Notes: a model not told the origin generated them from the letters alone. A DNA stretch of 43,056 nt from a virus (IMGVR_UViG_3300018073_000009:1-43056); one strand, 5' to 3'; positions 17,915 to 28,425 are shown, numbered from the stretch's first letter. Made by a program: numbers and translations.

Positions 17915-18447
17915 AGTTCGCGTTCTCGGCGCAGGAGTCGGCCATTGAACAAATGGTCGAGGCGATCGAGCGCCAGATCAATGAGGCGCAGTCCGGTGCG
18001 GTGCGGGATGCCGCGACGCTGGCGGTGAAAGAGGGTCGCGCCAACATAGCCTCGGCCGGCTTCTCGTCGCGCTGGCAGAAGGCGCTCACATCGAACTTCT
18101 ATCCGAACGAGGGAGTGAATCCGGCGGCGCTGATCTTTCATCGCATTCCGTTTGCCGGTGTATTCGAGCGCGGCATCACCATCAGCGGCCGGCCGCTGCT
18201 GTGGCTGCCGATCGAGCGGAATCTGCCGCCCGGCATCCACTCGCCGAGCCAGTACGGCAAGAAGCTTGTGTCGGTGAATATCGCAGGCAAGCCGCCGCTG
18301 TTATTCGATGCATTCAACCGGCTGCGCGGGCCGCTGTTCTTCGGGACACGCTCGGTCGATATCCGCAAGCGGTTCGACCTCTATGCCATTTTTGAGCGTG
18401 CTACCGAGCGCATGCGCGAGTTCTACGAGCAGCGGATCAAGGGCTGA
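17911..18447 (+). CDS. Putative tail/neck morphogenesis protein (HK97 gp10-like)
   Basis: Basic helical ORF with FAGVFERGITI..PLLWLP motif. Confidence 0.55.
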   Translation: MKFAFSAQESAIEQMVEAIERQINEAQSGAVRDAATLAVKEGRANIASAGFSSRWQKALTSNFYPNEGVNPAALIFHRIPFAGVFERGITISGRPLLWLPIERNLPPGIHSPSQYGKKLVSVNIAGKPPLLFDAFNRLRGPLFFGTRSVDIRKRFDLYAIFERATERMREFYEQRIKG

Positions 18448-18450
18448 CCA

Positions 18451-21159
18451 ATGGCAAGCAAGACCATCAGCCAGCGCATCAGCCTCGAGGGCAGCGACGA
18501 CATCCGCAAGAAGCTCGAGCAGCTCGGCAAGAGCGGCGAGCAGGCATTCAAGCAAATCCAGGACGCGGCCAAGAAGCCGATCACCGATCCGGCGCAGATT
18601 GACCGGACCAAGCAGGCGATCGATCAGCTCGTTGTTGCGGGCACCAGGCTCGGGCAGCAGTTCCAGGCGCTCACGACGGAAACCCAAAGGTTCGGCGCCG
18701 AAGGCGCGAAGGCGGCGCAGCAGGTCACGGCTGGACTGAACCAAACCAACCAGGCGGCGCAGGCAGTTGGTACGGGCATAGAACAATCCACGACGAAGCT
18801 AGGCGTGGTCATTGGTTTTATTGCTGGTGTCATTCAGACAGCGACCAACAAATTTATTTCGGTGCTCCAACAGCTCGCAAATGCTCTTAGTCCGGCGGCA
18901 CTGACCAAGGGAGCGGTGGAGACCGGCACCGCCATCGCTGACCAGGCTGGCAAGATCAGCGCAACCATTCCGCAGTGGCTCAAACTGCGTAAGGCGATCG
19001 CCGACTCCGCTATATCGAGCGACGACTTTGTGAAATCGTCGGGCACGCTCGCGAAGATGATTGCGGAAGCACAGGGCGGTGTTGCGCGGTTGTCGGACTC
19101 GGTAACGGAGACCACCAGCAAGTTCGGCGAGAACACCGTCAAGATCCTCAAATTCAATGACACGCTCACGGATACATCGAGCAAGTCGAGCAAGGCGGCG
19201 AGCGAGCTCGCCAAGCTCGGCGTCGACATGGGGGCCGTCGCGCGCGGGAATGTGCTTGACGTCATGCGCAGCGCGGCGGTGGCCATCAGCCGCATGGCCG
19301 ACGAGGCCAAGCGCGCCGAGGTCGGTATCAAACTGTTCGGCACTAACTGGAAGGAGATGGTCTCGATCCTGACCGCCGGGCAAAAGGCGACGGACGGTTC
19401 GGCAAAGTCACTAGCCGAACTCGGCAAGGCAAACCGCGACATGACCGCGGACCAGATCGCCAAGACCACGGTCCTCAAGGCACAATGGAAGGATCTGGAG
19501 GAGGCTATCCGCGCTACCAGGGATCAGGTCGGCACGTTGTTCCTCGACAGCGCGCTGAAGCGTGCCGAATGGATGACCAAGCTGGTCGACGGCTCGCGTG
19601 AATTGTTCCGCACGTGGGCCGGACTTGCCGACCAGAAGCGCAAGACATTCCTCGAGGGGCTCGGCGAAAGTCCGACCGAGCTATTGTTCAAGACGATGAT
19701 CGCGGTCGGTCGGCAGCTCTCCGGCATCTGGCGCGATGTGCTGGTGCCGGCCGGTCAGCGGCTGGTCAAAATCATTGGGGAGATATCCAGCAGTTTCGGG
19801 GGTGTTTCAAAAAGCGAGGTTGCGGCGTTCTTTATTACCGCAGCGGTCGCCGCCGCGGCTCTGGCCGTCGCGCTGAAACTTATCGGCTTCGCATTGACGC
19901 CTGTTTCGCTGTTGATCTCGCTATTCACCGGTTTTGGTCCGCTTCTGATTGCGCTCGGTGCGCTTGTGTTCCTGTTCTGGGATCAATTCTCCGCTGCTGC
20001 GAGTGCTGCACTAGCGCTGGTTCCAAAAGAATTGCAGCAAATGAAGGAGGCATTCCAGCTTCTGTTCAAGGGCGACTTTGCCGGCTTCTGGAACAAGTTC
20101 AGCACGGCCGCAACCAGCGCGTTCAAAAGGATCAAGCAGGAGCTTGTCAATATAGAAGGTTTGTTCGGTGATTTTTTCCGATTGATCACCGGCGAGGGCA
20201 AGATCCAAACACCGTGGCTGCAGAAGCTCATTGATGGGTTCAAGCAGATTGCAACCGATGGGCCAGGTGCGATCAGGTTGGTGGCGAATGCTTTGATCTT
20301 TCTCGGAGATGTTGCGACCGGCGTCGCAAACACGATCAACAGTATCTTTGGCACGAAGCTCACTGGCACCGACATCGCGCTGATCGTGGTCTTGGGGCAA
20401 CTCAGCGGCGCTTTTTCGTTCCTAGGGATCGCGGTAGGTATTGTTTCCGGTATCTTGGTGGCGCTGGCCGCTCTAATAGGCGGGCCGTTTACAATTGCGA
20501 TTGTCGCTGGTGGTGCATTACTCGCAACCTTCATCGCATATTGGCCTGAGATCAAGGCCGCAGTCGAGAGCGCCAGTGCGGCGATCGAGAAATACAACAA
20601 TCAATCATATGCCGACGCCACCGCGGCGGCTGACGCTCATTACGCCGCAGTCAAGGCTGATATTCAATCGGTCATTGATAAGGCCATAGAGCTTTGGAAA
20701 TGGCTAACAAAAGGTTCTGGCACTCCCGTTGAAACACCGGAAATGCCTGGCGTGGCACCGTTTGCCAGAGGCGGGATGGTCGGCGGACGCGGCAGCGGCA
20801 CCAGCGACAGCAACCTCGCTCGTTTGTCGCGTGGTGAGTTCGTCCAGCGCGCACGCGCCGTGCAGTACTACGGTCCGCAGTTCATGGCGGCGCTGAACGC
20901 GCTGCGCATCCCGCGCGACAGACTGCGTGGCTTCAATATGGGCGGGCTCGTCGATGGATTGAGTCGGTCCCTTCTTCCAGGCTTTGCCGCGGGCGGGATG
21001 GTCTCGGGAGGAGGCAGGCATGTCACCGTCGACCTTCGCACCAATGCAGGCACGTTCACGATGATGACCGACGAGGACACGGCCGTCGCGTTGACGCGCG
21101 TGGCGCGGCGGAGCGGCAACAACTCAACCATGCGCCGCGCGCCGACGTGGGATCGATGA
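18451..21159 (+). CDS. Tape measure protein
   Basis: 902 aa Ala-rich helical ORF with hydrophobic segments; C-terminal FARGGMVGG.GSGTSDS..ARLSRGEFV motif. Confidence 0.92.
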   Translation: MASKTISQRISLEGSDDIRKKLEQLGKSGEQAFKQIQDAAKKPITDPAQIDRTKQAIDQLVVAGTRLGQQFQALTTETQRFGAEGAKAAQQVTAGLNQTNQAAQAVGTGIEQSTTKLGVVIGFIAGVIQTATNKFISVLQQLANALSPAALTKGAVETGTAIADQAGKISATIPQWLKLRKAIADSAISSDDFVKSSGTLAKMIAEAQGGVARLSDSVTETTSKFGENTVKILKFNDTLTDTSSKSSKAASELAKLGVDMGAVARGNVLDVMRSAAVAISRMADEAKRAEVGIKLFGTNWKEMVSILTAGQKATDGSAKSLAELGKANRDMTADQIAKTTVLKAQWKDLEEAIRATRDQVGTLFLDSALKRAEWMTKLVDGSRELFRTWAGLADQKRKTFLEGLGESPTELLFKTMIAVGRQLSGIWRDVLVPAGQRLVKIIGEISSSFGGVSKSEVAAFFITAAVAAAALAVALKLIGFALTPVSLLISLFTGFGPLLIALGALVFLFWDQFSAAASAALALVPKELQQMKEAFQLLFKGDFAGFWNKFSTAATSAFKRIKQELVNIEGLFGDFFRLITGEGKIQTPWLQKLIDGFKQIATDGPGAIRLVANALIFLGDVATGVANTINSIFGTKLTGTDIALIVVLGQLSGAFSFLGIAVGIVSGILVALAALIGGPFTIAIVAGGALLATFIAYWPEIKAAVESASAAIEKYNNQSYADATAAADAHYAAVKADIQSVIDKAIELWKWLTKGSGTPVETPEMPGVAPFARGGMVGGRGSGTSDSNLARLSRGEFVQRARAVQYYGPQFMAALNALRIPRDRLRGFNMGGLVDGLSRSLLPGFAAGGMVSGGGRHVTVDLRTNAGTFTMMTDEDTAVALTRVARRSGNNSTMRRAPTWDR

Positions 21160-21160
21160 C

Positions 21161-21541
21161 ATGGCGCTCGACGGCAGCGGCACCATTCTCGAGCTCGACG
21201 GTATCGACTTGGCGGACTACTCGGCGCGCGGACTTACTTTGCAGGTCACGCCACTCGACACCGGTCCGCTGATCCGCGACGCCAATGGCACGCTGCACGA
21301 CCTGACGATCGAGCAGTTCCGCAAATACTCTTTCACCATAACCTGTGAGGACACCACCGCGCCCGAGTTGACCGACGTGTGGAAGGGCAAGGCCGTCAGC
21401 ATCACGATCCTCCCGAACACCGGACTTCCTGGCGATACGGCTGGCGAACGCGAGTTCGATTGCATGCTGTCTTCGTGGGAGACGAGCACCGACGAATGGG
21501 GCGCCATGACGAGCTGGTCCCTGACGTTGCTGCAGGTCTAG
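21161..21541 (+). CDS. Distal tail/tail-tip protein (putative)
   Basis: Directly after the tape measure; RDANGTLHDL motif. Confidence 0.6.
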   Translation: MALDGSGTILELDGIDLADYSARGLTLQVTPLDTGPLIRDANGTLHDLTIEQFRKYSFTITCEDTTAPELTDVWKGKAVSITILPNTGLPGDTAGEREFDCMLSSWETSTDEWGAMTSWSLTLLQV

Positions 21542-23551
21542 ATGTCTGTCAGCGCGGTCTGGTATCTGGCATGGGTGGACGACGCTGCGGTTGCATTCGA
21601 TCCTGCCGTTCACAATGTCCAGGACACGGAACTGCTGGGGTTCACCTTCGCCCAGCGCGAGGGCGAGTTCGCAACGCTGCGGCTGCTGACGCGCAATCCG
21701 ATCAGTGGTGTATCGAACTGGGCGCTCGGCCTGCTCGGCCCGGGCCGCAAGCGGTGGGCCTGGTTTAGCTGGAGCCTGAACGGTGCCGAGCCGAGCCCGC
21801 TTGCGCTGCTGCGCCTGGTCGGCATTCCGACTGACGTGTTCAAGGCGACGGTGACGCTGGATTTTTCCGCTCGGCCGTCCGACTTCAACGAACAGAAGGC
21901 TGCACTCAACGATGCGCTGCGTGTCCTGCCGTACTGGGATCCGGCATTCATCGACGAGCAGAAGCGCGAGAACGCGGACATTATTCTCGATACCTATGCT
22001 GGCGTCTGGTACGTCGACCCGGTGACGCACGAGATATCACTCAGCGACTTGCTGCTGGGCGAGGACGGCACCGAGGTTTTCCAGATCGATGAGCATGCGG
22101 CCGACGGGCTGCAGCTGACGATCGGCGATCCGCCGCTGACTTCCGTCACCGTCGATGCGGAAATTCTCTGGACCCAGCGCGCCGTCGGTTCGATCGACAT
22201 GGCATTCGAATCGTCGTCATTCACGCTGAAGGGCGACGCATATCCGAAGGTCGGCGCGTCGATGGGAGAAGGCTGGAAGGTCGTTGGCGCGACCGTGGAT
22301 CAACCACAGACATTTGAAACCAAAACCAATCAGGAGAACTTCACCCTCAACATCACATGGTGGGATGGTGACAAGACCACTGTAACGACCAACAGTAGCC
22401 ACGACACTGTCCAGGGGCCAGGCGTGCCGATGGGCAGTATCCTGACCGACCTTAACCAGAGCGCGACTTATTCAAAGCGCGACGAGGACGGCAATCCACC
22501 GCAATTGATGTCGTGGAGCATCAGCCAGAAATGGTCGACCGGGCTGGTGCCCGAATATGTTGTGTCGGCTGGATATACCGTCGGCTACGACGCCAAGCGA
22601 CCATTCACCGAGCACGTCACGTTTACCCTGACGGCGGATGTACAGCCGCTCGTGACTCTGCCGGGCGACGATGAGACGATGCGGATCGACGGCCTCAACA
22701 CCGCCGACCTATCCGAACTGATCGATGGAGTGCCGCCGATCGGCGACCCTCGCCGCAGGAGCTACATCGCACAGGCGCGCGGCGAAGAGAGTTTGCAATA
22801 CCTCATCCTGCTGGCGCGCGCTCAGTTGCGCAAGCGAGCGCGCGCCGTCGAGATCTCATTCGCGCCGTTCCTCACCCGCCTCGAGGATCTGAAGCTCAAT
22901 CGCAATGCACAGGTCTTCGACTGGCGCATTCCGGGTGGCAATGCAATCGGCAAGATCATAGCGGTGTCGTTGACCTTGGCTCCGCCATCCGATGAAGGCG
23001 AAGTGAACGTCGAGCTCGAATGCACCATCGGATGCGCCATCGGCAACGGCGGCACGGTGTCGGCGGTGGGTGGCGAGCCAGAATACGTCGATGACTATTA
23101 CATCGATGCGAGCGAAGACTATCAGCAGTATGACGGCGCCATCCTGACGTTCGACGACGAGGTCGGTTTCACACCGCCGGCATTCGCGCCCAGTGACGAT
23201 GGTCTGGATTTCCTGACTCCGTTCGGGCCGAATGACCCGTCCGTGTTCGAGGTGCCGATCGCCTACACGATGGTTGCCGACGAACAGCGGGAAGACATTG
23301 TCACTGAGGCGGCGAATTGGGTGGCCGCGGGCGTTCCGATCGGTGATGCCCCGCCGGGCTACGAGACCTGGGCCGAGGCGCGGCAGGCAATGATCGCGGA
23401 TCGCGATGCGGCCATGTCTGCGCTGTTGGCGACGATGGAGACCGAGGTCTCGTTCAAGCTCAAGAGCATGTCGGCAGACTTCAAGACCGAAGTGCCGATC
23501 ACGGTGACACAGCTCAAGATTCCACAGATGATCAATCTGGGAGCCACATAG
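21542..23551 (+). CDS. Tail-tip hub/central protein (putative)
   Basis: 669 aa acidic beta-rich ORF in the tail-tip position. Confidence 0.6.
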   Translation: MSVSAVWYLAWVDDAAVAFDPAVHNVQDTELLGFTFAQREGEFATLRLLTRNPISGVSNWALGLLGPGRKRWAWFSWSLNGAEPSPLALLRLVGIPTDVFKATVTLDFSARPSDFNEQKAALNDALRVLPYWDPAFIDEQKRENADIILDTYAGVWYVDPVTHEISLSDLLLGEDGTEVFQIDEHAADGLQLTIGDPPLTSVTVDAEILWTQRAVGSIDMAFESSSFTLKGDAYPKVGASMGEGWKVVGATVDQPQTFETKTNQENFTLNITWWDGDKTTVTTNSSHDTVQGPGVPMGSILTDLNQSATYSKRDEDGNPPQLMSWSISQKWSTGLVPEYVVSAGYTVGYDAKRPFTEHVTFTLTADVQPLVTLPGDDETMRIDGLNTADLSELIDGVPPIGDPRRRSYIAQARGEESLQYLILLARAQLRKRARAVEISFAPFLTRLEDLKLNRNAQVFDWRIPGGNAIGKIIAVSLTLAPPSDEGEVNVELECTIGCAIGNGGTVSAVGGEPEYVDDYYIDASEDYQQYDGAILTFDDEVGFTPPAFAPSDDGLDFLTPFGPNDPSVFEVPIAYTMVADEQREDIVTEAANWVAAGVPIGDAPPGYETWAEARQAMIADRDAAMSALLATMETEVSFKLKSMSADFKTEVPITVTQLKIPQMINLGAT

Positions 23552-24019
23552 ATGGGTGAGTTCTCCCGCAACGTCGTGCTCTCGGGCACCCATCAACTCG
23601 AGACACCGAAGCACACGGGGATCATTCCGCCGCCAGCCGTGACCGAGCAGCCGGACGACGGCCTGATGCGGATTAAGGGCAGCGGCGCGGCCGTCATCAA
23701 CCTGAACCACTCGGAGAGCTACAACTATTCCCGGTCCGTCGTGAAGGAAACCAAGCGCACCTACGATGAGGTGCGCATCAAGAACCCGGATGACCCGGAG
23801 CAGCACGTCGACGTTCAGCGACCCCGGAAAATCAATACACAGTCCGATGAGGCCAATTCTGGCAAGCCGCGCAAGAACGCAGGCGCCACCGGCCCGGCGA
23901 ATGTGACCACGATCTATGCCAAGCAAGTGCCGCAAGATAACGTCGAAGTCCTGCGCGAGAACATCGAAGAGAAAAATCCCGATTACGATCGAGGGGAAGG
24001 TGGCAGCGCAGCACCATGA
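23552..24019 (+). CDS. Hypothetical tail protein
   Basis: Coupled ORF; ET.RT.DEVRIKNPDDP..HVDVQRP motif. Confidence 0.65.
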   Translation: MGEFSRNVVLSGTHQLETPKHTGIIPPPAVTEQPDDGLMRIKGSGAAVINLNHSESYNYSRSVVKETKRTYDEVRIKNPDDPEQHVDVQRPRKINTQSDEANSGKPRKNAGATGPANVTTIYAKQVPQDNVEVLRENIEEKNPDYDRGEGGSAAP

Positions 24020-24918
24020 CGACAATTATATTCAGGGACGATATTGGCATCTACACGGGGAAGGGCTCGAAGCTTTCCTCGGGCGAGATTGACACCAATT
24101 TCTATGAACTGCTGGTATCCGTCCTTGCGCTGCAGGACGGCGGTGCGTTTGCCTGTGAGTCGATCGATTTCACCGGCAACAGCATCACGTTCAACTGGAG
24201 CGACGATACATCGAGCGGTCCGTTCGCCCTGCCGGTCGCGACGTTCCAGGCCAAGGGTGTGTGGCAAAACGATCAATCGCTGTTGCGTCTTGATGTTGTG
24301 ACCGTCCCGGGTGTGGGCACCTATCTCGTCCAGATCGACCACACGACGCCGCCAGCGCCGGCCGAGTTTGATCCGGCGGCCGATGACGGGGCGACCGATC
24401 CCGAGCTGCTTTATCTGCCGATTTCCGATGCGGTCGATCTCACCGGATATATGCTGTTCCGCGGCGCGTTCGTCGGCGGCACGCAGTACGACGCGGGCGA
24501 TGTTGTTGTCGACCCAACCTATGGACTGTTTTCCGTCAACGCCCTGACCTCGGCTAGTTCGCTCGCCGATGAAGACTATACCCAGATCGCCGGCCCGCCG
24601 TTTGCGCCGTTTGAAGAGCTGACGGCCACGACCAAAACGCTGTCCATCGCCGATGTCGGCAAGGTGTTTCGCTGCCCGAACGGATGCGACGTGACCTTTC
24701 CGGATGATGTGGACTTCCCGGTCAGCGCGGAAATTTCGTTCCGCCAGACCGGGACTGACCCGGTCAATTTCCTCGAGGGCGGCACCGGCGTCCAGATCAA
24801 TCCGCAGCGCGAAGGGTTCGACACCAGCACGCCGTATCAAGGTGCATTGATAACAGCCAAGTTTGTCTCGTCGACCGAGATCGATCTCATTGGTCCATAC
24901 GGCGAAGAACTAACCTAG
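24016..24918 (+). CDS. Minor tail/fibre-adaptor protein
   Basis: GKGSKLSSGEIDTNF anchor; two GxW/F-x-Y-x-GD-type small beta modules; C-terminal DVGKVF..VTFP..FPV.AEI domain. Confidence 0.65.
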   Translation: MTTIIFRDDIGIYTGKGSKLSSGEIDTNFYELLVSVLALQDGGAFACESIDFTGNSITFNWSDDTSSGPFALPVATFQAKGVWQNDQSLLRLDVVTVPGVGTYLVQIDHTTPPAPAEFDPAADDGATDPELLYLPISDAVDLTGYMLFRGAFVGGTQYDAGDVVVDPTYGLFSVNALTSASSLADEDYTQIAGPPFAPFEELTATTKTLSIADVGKVFRCPNGCDVTFPDDVDFPVSAEISFRQTGTDPVNFLEGGTGVQINPQREGFDTSTPYQGALITAKFVSSTEIDLIGPYGEELT

Positions 24919-24925
24919 GCTGCCA

Positions 24926-26146
24926 ATGGCAGTCTCTCCTTACAATCCGGGGTTCAGCGAAACCCCGCCGTTCAGTTGCATCAGCAGCGTCAAGTGGAAT
25001 AATTATCGGCTGGTTGCGTTCTGGCTGGCACAGAACGGACCCTCGCCGCAGTTTTTTCTGCAGTGGGTCGGCCCGAAACCGTACTACACGCAGGGCGAAC
25101 TAAAGGAGTTGGAGAGGAACGGCCAGATGGTTCAGGTGCCAGTCTTTGGTGCCCGCCAGACAATCCATACCGGCACCGTCTCCGCGAATGGGTCGTATAC
25201 CTTCCCCACCGGGTTTCCTCCCGTCCCCGTCGGCACCAACACAATAACAGGTGACTATCTTCACTCCACTGGTCCCGCGCGCGTTCTCGACTATCGAGGT
25301 TATGCCAAGGTGGACGGACACGACATGCAGATGTTCGACAACGGGACCGGAACACCCACTGTCCTTCCGATTGATGCTCCAGGTTCTGAGTATTGGAATT
25401 TCGAGGGCGTGAAGATCGTTGCGGCCGACTATCCATCAGTCCCTGTGTTGGTTCGGGGACAGTTCATTGCGTCGGACGATGTCGGCGACGTCTATGTGTA
25501 TCAGACACCCATCGACGTGACCAAGCGCGGGATCACAAAATATTCCCGCGAGACCGGCGAGGTGCTCTGGAAGATAGATAGCGGTTTCGAGACTGTACGT
25601 TACGATGAGAATGCTCAGCGGATATATTTGTATTATTTTAACCTGCCAACGATCCATAACCCCGGCATCGAGATCTATAATCTCAATGGGATAAAACTGA
25701 GTGCTGTGGATCTCGGAAACGACTACAGCGCGGAAGACATATCGAGGAACGGTAAGTTCTACACATTCGGACCATCCGACCTTGATCACAGCGAGGGCAT
25801 TTATTGTTTTGGCCCGACTGGATCACTCCTGTGGACGATCCCTGGAGAAGATCTTAACGACGGGGGCAACTTTTGGGGGCCAATCGTCGCCTACGGCGAG
25901 GATTACCTGGTCGTAGAAATTCAGAGAAACATGGCAGACCCGCCGGACCACGTTCTCGCGCAGCGGCACCATGGCTGGCGCGTCTACAATGCCCATACGG
26001 GAACATTGGTATCATCGGGAGTGATGGCAGACGACGTCAGCACCTACGAAACCATCGGCGGTTCCGGGTTTGACTCCACCATCATCCACAACTCAATCAG
26101 CTACGGGGAGACGAATGGCCTGGTTCGTGGGGCGTATTGGCCATGA
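24926..26146 (+). CDS. Putative receptor-binding tail protein with a beta-propeller-like C-terminus
   Basis: TGEVLWK, TGSLLWT and HTGTLV repeats; lower GC than neighbours. Confidence 0.55.
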   Translation: MAVSPYNPGFSETPPFSCISSVKWNNYRLVAFWLAQNGPSPQFFLQWVGPKPYYTQGELKELERNGQMVQVPVFGARQTIHTGTVSANGSYTFPTGFPPVPVGTNTITGDYLHSTGPARVLDYRGYAKVDGHDMQMFDNGTGTPTVLPIDAPGSEYWNFEGVKIVAADYPSVPVLVRGQFIASDDVGDVYVYQTPIDVTKRGITKYSRETGEVLWKIDSGFETVRYDENAQRIYLYYFNLPTIHNPGIEIYNLNGIKLSAVDLGNDYSAEDISRNGKFYTFGPSDLDHSEGIYCFGPTGSLLWTIPGEDLNDGGNFWGPIVAYGEDYLVVEIQRNMADPPDHVLAQRHHGWRVYNAHTGTLVSSGVMADDVSTYETIGGSGFDSTIIHNSISYGETNGLVRGAYWP

Positions 26147-26826
26147 TACTGGGCGTTGTAGCATCGCAGTTCGGTGGCACGGTTAGTGTTCCTGCAGGCA
26201 GTGGCACAGGCGTTGCGAGCGGCACCGGAGCGGCGGCCGGATCAGCCGCTGCCACACGAGCGGCGCCCGGAACAGCTTCTGGTGTGGGGGCGGCTGCGGC
26301 TGTGGCGTATCAGCCTAGCTGGCGTACAGCATGGTTCACGTCGCCCAATAACAATGTTGTTGGTCAAGCAACGCTTAACGCCAGGCAACATATCGCGTCT
26401 TCGCTACTGACAGCCAGTGGATCAAAATTCCGTCTGACGCTGATGGGGGCCACGGTTACGGAAGGGTGCCACGTCGCTCATATGTACGCCGGTCATGCAG
26501 CGTCGTCTGGCGATGCCTATGATTTTGACGGCACACAGGTTGAAGTTAAGGTTGCCACCGCAACGTCGTTTCTAGTTCCTATTAACGGGACGGTTGTTAC
26601 CGATGAAAATGTCTATGCGTTCGATGCATCGAAAGACTTTATCGTTGCGATGTATATCGATAGCGCGGCCAACGACTCGATGGGGGTAAAAACAGCACTT
26701 ACTGGAGCCACATATTATTACAAGGTGACGGCCGATGAAGTGGCTACGACAAATGTCACTGGTTATTCCAATGCGTCAACAACGAGCATGACGCGCCTGT
26801 TGATGAAGATTGAAGTCTGGGGATAA
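26143..26826 (+). CDS. Tail-fibre tip-like protein
   Basis: ATGA overlap; MILGVVAS start; AG-rich repeats then a lower-GC beta-sandwich. Confidence 0.6.
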   Translation: MILGVVASQFGGTVSVPAGSGTGVASGTGAAAGSAAATRAAPGTASGVGAAAAVAYQPSWRTAWFTSPNNNVVGQATLNARQHIASSLLTASGSKFRLTLMGATVTEGCHVAHMYAGHAASSGDAYDFDGTQVEVKVATATSFLVPINGTVVTDENVYAFDASKDFIVAMYIDSAANDSMGVKTALTGATYYYKVTADEVATTNVTGYSNASTTSMTRLLMKIEVWG

Positions 26827-27099
26827 ATGACCGCCCACGAGGCCGCCAAGGCCGCCAATACCTTTATGGACTCGCTGCGCGAGCAGCCGCTGTCGCTTGC
26901 GCTGGTGGTGATGAATTTCGCCCTGCTGGGCTTCGTGTACATGCAGAGCAACCAGTTCAACAGCCAGCGCGCCGACAACGTGAAGCTCTTCACCGACGTG
27001 CAGCGCGAGGTGCAGAAGCTCTTGTCGGAGTGCATCGTGCCGCCGCGTAACCGTAGCGGCGAGCTGCCGACAACGGTTAGCGGGAGCGCCGCGCCGTGA
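26827..27099 (+). CDS. Single-TM membrane protein, holin candidate
   Basis: Hydrophobic LSLALVVMNFALLGFVYM then coiled coil; directly upstream of the endolysin. Confidence 0.5.
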   Translation: MTAHEAAKAANTFMDSLREQPLSLALVVMNFALLGFVYMQSNQFNSQRADNVKLFTDVQREVQKLLSECIVPPRNRSGELPTTVSGSAAP

Positions 27100-27821
27100 G
27101 CTTCGACGAGAAAACCTACTTCGACATCGTGCGCAAATCGCTGTTCGGCGGCGAGCTGAACCAAGGCCAGGTCAACGGGCAGAAGTTTATCCTCGCGTCG
27201 TGGACCAAGGACCCAACCACCACGGACCTGCGCTGGCTGGCTTATGCGCTGGCGACCACCAAGCACGAGACCGCATCAACGATGCTGCCGATTGAAGAGT
27301 ACGGCAAGGGCAAGGGTATGCCCTACGGCAAGCCGGACCCGGAGACGAAGCAGACGTATTACGGGCGCGGGTTCGTGCAGCTGACGTGGCGCGACAACTA
27401 CGTCAAAGCGACCAACGAGCTAAACCTCGAGGGTCCCGATGATCTGGAATGGCACGCCGAGCGCGCGCTCGACCCGGTGATCGCCGCCGACATCATGTTC
27501 CTCGGTATGGCTGAAGGCTGGTTCCGCGGTGACAAGCAGGGCCGGCAGACGCTGCTGCGCTACTTCGATGACGACACCGACGATAGCTATGGCGCGCGCG
27601 AGATCATCAACGGCGACAAGCGCATCGTCCCGAATTGGTCCGGCGGCAAGTCGATCGGCAACCTGATCGCCGACTACCACACCGACTTTTTGATCGCGCT
27701 GACCGCCGCTTGGCTGCCGGACGAAGTCGTGCAGCCGCCGGAGCCCGAGCCGCTGGTCGTGACGTTGCAGATTACGGTGCCGCCGGGTGTCGTCGTGAAG
27801 GTCGAGCAAGTCGATGGATGA
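27096..27821 (+). CDS. Endolysin, GH19 chitinase/lysozyme-like
   Basis: LAYALATTKHET, PIEEYG, YYGRGFVQLTWRDNY, AREIING. Confidence 0.9.
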   Translation: MSFDEKTYFDIVRKSLFGGELNQGQVNGQKFILASWTKDPTTTDLRWLAYALATTKHETASTMLPIEEYGKGKGMPYGKPDPETKQTYYGRGFVQLTWRDNYVKATNELNLEGPDDLEWHAERALDPVIAADIMFLGMAEGWFRGDKQGRQTLLRYFDDDTDDSYGAREIINGDKRIVPNWSGGKSIGNLIADYHTDFLIALTAAWLPDEVVQPPEPEPLVVTLQITVPPGVVVKVEQVDG

Positions 27822-27867
27822 TGTGATATCCTGACGCTTCGTACTGCCTATTATCCCATCACCGCCT

Positions 27868-27900
27868 GCCGCCCGGTCCCCGCCGGGCGGCTCTTTTTTT
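27868..27900 (+). terminator. Rho-independent terminator of the late operon
   Basis: gccgcccgg-tccccg-ccgggcggc followed by tcttttttt. Confidence 0.85.
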
Positions 27901-27907
27901 GTTGCCT

Positions 27908-28327
27908 TTATAGAAAAGGTGCAAGCTCAGCAGTTCCATTTGTCGGTGTGATACGGCAGGCGTAGCGGTAATGAACAGGCCGCCCATTGAAGTCGACTGT
28001 CACAAGAATGTCCCAGAACTCCCGCGTCAATCCATAAGGGCTTGCTGAGTGCCTGTACTCGGGTTGGGTGCTCGCTACTCGTGCACCCTCGACTTTGGGA
28101 ACCCTTGCAAGGGCCATGTGCACACAGCCATCCACGAGCGCGTTAGTCTGCGGTGTTATTGGTTGATCGGCCGGCGGCGGCGTGAGCGGCTTTGCGTTCG
28201 GGTCAGCCGGCTTCACCTTTGCGTGGTACGGCGCGAGCAACTCCTGCAAGGTTTGCTTGTTCGTTTGCGCGGCCGCGCTGGTCGAGGCCGCGGCGATGGC
28301 GAGAGCGAGGGTGATGCCTCTGATCAT
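27908..28327 (-). CDS. Secreted/periplasmic moron protein (139 aa)
   Basis: GAGAGGA SD; signal peptide MIRGITLALAIAAASTSAAAQ; two Cys; own upstream leader. Confidence 0.75.
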   Translation of the reverse strand: MIRGITLALAIAAASTSAAAQTNKQTLQELLAPYHAKVKPADPNAKPLTPPPADQPITPQTNALVDGCVHMALARVPKVEGARVASTQPEYRHSASPYGLTREFWDILVTVDFNGRPVHYRYACRITPTNGTAELAPFL

Positions 28328-28351
28328 GGTGGTTCCTCTCCGTATGAGGGT

Positions 28352-28425
28352 GCCGGACGCAGGTGCGACCGGTACGGACCCAGTTGTTTCGGGGAGGGAG
28401 CTACCCTCTCCTAACCGCGTCCGGC
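28352..28425 (-). ncRNA. Putative structured leader RNA (three-way junction)
   Basis: Closing stem gccggacgc-ggu/acc-u-gcguccggc enclosing hairpins ggagaggg-uagcu-cccucccc and acugg-guccgua-ccggu. Confidence 0.45.

Noticed and set aside
16733-24840. Antisense ORFs in the tail region (16733-17758, 21056-22030, 22856-24025, 23983-24840)
   Set aside because: Opposite well-supported tail genes; no recognisable domains
28352-28425. tRNA gene
   Set aside because: tRNA-like length but only two internal arms, no TTC T-loop motif and no CCA end
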